DNA of 64,000 nucleotides from Candidatus Poribacteria bacterium (GTDB lineage Bacteria; Poribacteria; WGA-4E; WGA-3G): NCBI GenBank assembly GCA_965242965.1, contig OZ251518.1, positions 4,864,001 to 4,928,000 of the forward strand, read 5' to 3'. Shown piece by piece: positions 59,806 to 64,000 of this stretch (position 1 is its first letter; each line of letters starts with the position of its first letter). The notes under the pieces were generated by a model. It saw only the letters and a program-made list of their open reading frames with translations, ran no database searches and was not told where the DNA came from. The position numbers and the translations under genes were made by a program.

Positions 59806-62800
59806 GGAAGATGCCTCAAACATTAAGCGTTTGAATAGGATGTCTAACACGCAAGCATCCGGGATAACGCTGTTCGTGTTCACATAAACTTTATCCGCAC
59901 CCTCGGTTAGATGATGCTCCTCGATGAAACGGTAATCACGTTCATAATCCAATGAATCCCAACCGGCGGTTTCTCGCCAGATAATGGTAACCTGCTCGTG
60001 GTCGACGATGCCGCGATAGACGAGATAACGTCTGTCACCGTCCGCATAGCAGCACCGGGTTTGGACAGAGATACCTAAAAGATAGTTGAAGGTCTCGGGT
60101 AAATCTACTGCCTGCGTTTGCACGGTTAAGTCGTTGACGATTTTGAGTTGATAACTGAATGGACGCTGAAGCTCCTTTACGTTGAGGAACGTCGGGCTCT
60201 CACGGGTTTCCATGTCGAGCATATAACCGAGCCGAGGTTCGTCAAGGAGCGTCGGCGCGTCGTCCGTTTCGGCGAATTCGATGTTGTTGAGCGCGTCTTC
60301 GTAAGATTCAATGCGCTGGTATTTGATGAGCTGTGAAAGACGACTCTCGCGCGAAACAGGTTTGCCATCTTTCCACTTTTCAGCGTAGATTGCTTTCATG
60401 ACGCGCGGTTTGAGGACGCTCTCAAAGTGGTGTCCCATCTCGACGAGGATGTATTTGCGCTTGCCGCCATCTTGACGGTTAAGGTTGATGGTGGCATGGG
60501 CAGTGGTGCCGGAACCACCAAAGTAGTCTAGGACAACGTCATCTTTTCCAAGTGAACACACGCGGAGGCAATCTTCAAGGAGATAGATGGACTTGGGAAA
60601 TGGGAAGGCAAGCGAATCACCTAACATGTTTGTTAAAAAAACAGTCCCATAGTTTGCCGATGAGTATTTAGCCCCACCTTCGTCGTCATTCTCATTATCC
60701 GAATCATCGTCGGCGGAGTATTCCTTCTTACCCCACCACGTATTCGGCAATATTCCTTCTTCGTTTGGATAATCTTTCACGCGAATCGCAATGGTGCCAT
60801 TTCGAGTGGTTGTAGCGGAGAGTTCTGACAGCATGCCGACTAGGGTTTCGACCCCGTATTTCCATGTCATTTCTTCGCCATCTTTAGGTCTAATTGGATA
60901 GACTGCTGTTTCGCCGGGGAGTGGGGATTCTCTCAGCATCCATTGCCGGGATATGTTATCCCATTCCATGTCGGGAATTCTGACGGTATTATCCTTGACA
61001 AATAGAGGGTAGAACAAACGCGGACGTGCGCCGCGAAGCGCGTTAGGTCCGCCGCCACCTCTAATTGATTTCCACTTGAAACTGCGCCCTTGTTCATCAC
61101 GCTGATTGAAATCCGCAAGTTGCTTTTTAGTCCGTTCAAGACGACCAATTTTGGTGCCTTGGACTACACTGAAAAACATCGCGTACTCGTGGGCTGGAGC
61201 AAAACCTGTTGGCCTTTGACGACCCGCCGGATTGGAACAGACAGTTACAATTCCTAGTTCGTTTTCTTTTCCGAACAGTTGTTGTAAGAGCATCCCAAGG
61301 TTTTTTGCCTCCACGTCATCAATGGCAGCGCAGAAGATGCCGTTGTCTGCCAACAACTCGCGGGAAACGGAAATTCGGTCCGCCATCAACGACATCCACG
61401 ACGAATCCTTATAGTTATTTTTATAGAGGATTGCCGAAGCGTCCGTGTTGTAAGGCGGATCGATGTAGATGGCTTTGAGGGATTCACGGTATCTCGCCGT
61501 GAGGAGGTTTAACGCCTGGAAGTTCTCGCCGTGGATGAGAACGCCATCGGTTTCGGCATCCAGATTGGGCATCCGCGACAAGAGCCGATCTTTGAAGTCC
61601 CTGTCAAAGTGGACGGTATCCAAGACGAGATTCGGGTGTTGTTTGAGGAAATCGACGGTTAGCGGTTCGGAATAGTCTTCGCCGATGAGGTTGCCGTTGA
61701 TTTCGTGGATGCTGAAGAGGGATTGCCACGCTTCGCGTTGCGCGGTATTCTCGGCGATTTCGGGGTAAAATGCCTCTGGCACGCGGTCGAGTGTCATGCA
61801 ATAGTGCGTGGCGAGGACGAACTTCTTTTTGAGCCAGAGGCGTTTCTGGAACTCTTCGATGTGCGCGAGGAAGTTGATGATGTCGGTGGCGATGGCGTGA
61901 ACGGTGCGTGCGGTTTCAAGCATTGAGACCGGGAGGTCTCTCCTACCAGGGGGAGTCGAGACCGGGAGGTCTCTCCTACTGGCAGATGTCGAGACCGGGA
62001 GGTCTCTCCTACTGGGGACATCGCTCTCGACCCCCCCCTTCGCTTACCGTATATTTAGTATTTTCGGCGATGAGGGTGCTGAGCTGCACGACTTCGTTTT
62101 TGAGGTAAAAGTCAAGTTCGCGGGTGAGGAAGCCGCCCAAGTCTTTGTGGATAAAGAAGTCGGCGGTGTTGCCGCGGGTATAGGCGCGCAGGTGCTTTTT
62201 GAGCGTTGTCACGTCGCCGATGCGGTGATTCAACGCGGCTGCGGCGTTGGAAGAAGTTTTGCTAACGCGGGCAATGATGTCTGTCTCGGCAGCGTTGATA
62301 ATTTTATCCTGCTGCTTTGTGCCGGTGTAACGCTGCTTCTCGGCATCGGTGAGGGGCCGGAATTCAAACGGTATGCGGATTTCAGCATCGGTGCAGGCAA
62401 CTTCGTCGGCGATGGGGATGAAGAAGCGTTTGGTGCCTTGGACGTTATCTTTTTCAACGTCGATATCGCGCAGCGCGAAGGTGATGGACATCCCTTGCGA
62501 GGTGAATTGATACGCGGCGAAGTGTTCGCCGCTTTTGACATAATACTGTTCGCGGTTTGCCCAGTGGAGGTAAATTTCTTCGCCGTTATATGGGATGGCG
62601 TATCGTTCGGTTTGCGCGTATCGCCGGCGTGGGATGAAGTCGCAGGTTTCGTAATAGCGCGAGAAAAAGGTGTAGAGATGGTTGAAGATTGCTTCTTCTC
62701 GTTGTGCGCGGGAGCGCGGGGAGCCGTGTTGTGCTTTTGCGGCGAGATAGTCCTGCACCAACGGGGTCTCGCGGAATTTCTCGTTGATGAGATTTCCATC

Positions 62801-63055
62801 TGCGTCCAGCACATCGCCGCCGAGGGTTTTTCGGAGTGTGGTTGCGCGTTCGTCAAGTTCTTGGCGTGCGGCTTCGGCACCGGCGTTCTGGTCAAGTGCG
62901 GCGTTGACGCGCGCTGGGAGTTCGTCGTTGATGAACGTCTCAAACTGCGCGCGTCGGAAGTTGATGATGCGGTATATGCCGAAATCCAGGTCTGCCGCGT
63001 CGGCGCGGAAGAGGGAGTGGAGTAGGGTTTGTAGTTTTTGTTGTGATTCTTGCAT
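59800..63055 (-). CDS. mod: Type III R-M methyltransferase (Mod), frameshifted at a G8 tract into ORFs 62009-63055 and 59800-61923
   Basis: DLDFGIYRI, DFFIHKDL, WLKKKFV, motif IV IDPPY, FPFPK, motif I DYFGGSGTT; removing one G joins the two ORFs. Confidence 0.88.
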
Positions 63056-63123
63056 ATCGTGGCTCCTTTTCGGGCGGATAGAGACATCCGCCCGGACAGA
63101 GGAGATATAGACATCGGATGCCC

Positions 63124-64000
63124 TTACGGTTGCAACGCAATGCTGGAAAACCTATAAAAAATGTCCAGAAATCCGATGACCACCGTTGGCACGACGAAGA
63201 CGCTCAGCAGCGCAAAAGTGCCAGTGGAAAACGCGACGCGTTCGGTTTCCGCGTCCTCCGCGCTCTCCAGATACATCGCCTTAACGATGCGAGCGTAGTA
63301 GTAAAGCGATACCACGCTGTTGAGCAAGCCGACAAATGCGAGCCAATACAACCCTTTGTCAATGACAGCGGTGAACAACAGCCACTTGCCGAAAAATCCG
63401 GCGAACGGCGGAATGCCGGTAAGCGAGAAGAGGAAAATCGCCATGGCACCGGCAACGAGCGGCGCGCGCGAGGACAGCCCACGATACCCATCAATCATCT
63501 CACTCCCCACCTCGTTGGCAATCAGCACGACGACGTAGAACGCGCCGAGGTTCATAAAGAGATAGACGACGAGGTAGAAGAGAATCGCACCGATGCCTTC
63601 TGACGTGAGAAGCACGCCGCCCATGAGCAGATAACCGCCGTGCGCGATGCTAGAATATGCGAGTAAGCGTTTGACATTCCGCTGTGGTAGCGCGGCGAGA
63701 TTACCCACGGTCATCGTTAACGCGGAAACGATGGCTAGCATCAGCGTCCAGTCAACGGATTGCATTACCTCTGAACTGCCAAACCCGGAATAGAAGAACC
63801 TGATGAACAGCGCGAATCCTGCCGACTTTGAGGCGACAGATAAGAACGCCGTTATCGGAATCGGCGCGCCTTCGTAAACATCGGGGGACCACATGTGAAA
63901 CGGCACCGAGGCGATTTTATAGCCGACACCCGCCAAAATAAAGGTTATTGAAACCAGCACGGCGAGCGGATATACGTCGCCAGTGTTGAACATCTCGGTG
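63124..64000 (-). CDS. nuoN: NADH-quinone oxidoreductase subunit N (5'-truncated by the window)
   Basis: PFHMWSPDVYEGAP, NVKRLLAYSSIAH, SLTGIPPFAGFFGK, SLYYY. Confidence 0.95.
   Translation of the reverse strand, partial: TEMFNTGDVYPLAVLVSITFILAGVGYKIASVPFHMWSPDVYEGAPIPITAFLSVASKSAGFALFIRFFYSGFGSSEVMQSVDWTLMLAIVSALTMTVGNLAALPQRNVKRLLAYSSIAHGGYLLMGGVLLTSEGIGAILFYLVVYLFMNLGAFYVVVLIANEVGSEMIDGYRGLSSRAPLVAGAMAIFLFSLTGIPPFAGFFGKWLLFTAVIDKGLYWLAFVGLLNSVVSLYYYARIVKAMYLESAEDAETERVAFSTGTFALLSVFVVPTVVIGFLDIFYRFSSIALQP

Noticed and set aside
61904-63114. Long alternative ORFs 61904-63025 (+) and 62230-63114 (-)
   Set aside because: Shadow frames of mod with no recognisable motifs

Overview
This 64-kb window is GC-rich chromosomal DNA. 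It most likely comes from a Ca. Poribacteria-like genome (inference from multiple PhyH, Gfo/Idh/MocA, LamG, lamin-tail and LRR/dockerin proteins plus a dense repeat landscape). It holds sugar and oxidoreductase genes, infA, rsgA, partial nuoN, tRNA-Glu and tRNA-Gln, and several secreted proteins. Most intergenic space is filled by GTAG-type REP-like palindromes, some packaged into a TIR-bounded MITE with target-site duplications. Highlights: (1) a candidate undescribed defence module at 41.5-47.5 kb, in which a TIR-TPR protein carries a TaqI-like R-M target-recognition domain but no methyltransferase and is ATGA-coupled to an RloC-like ATPase/HEPN gene, downstream of GmrSD-type and ADP-ribosylglycohydrolase genes; (2) a type III Mod gene with no adjacent res gene, frameshifted at a G8 tract, where G7 restores a 1084-aa ORF containing three in-frame REP-derived repeats; (3) an ATPase-nuclease pair whose nuclease is split by a 751-bp insert carrying a HEPN-like gene; (4) a shared C-terminal TWGx(L/I)K-type motif on four unrelated proteins with hydrophobic N-termini; (5) a secreted protein + GH108-like muramidase + patatin cluster. 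All protein calls come from motifs recognised by eye; no database searches were run.
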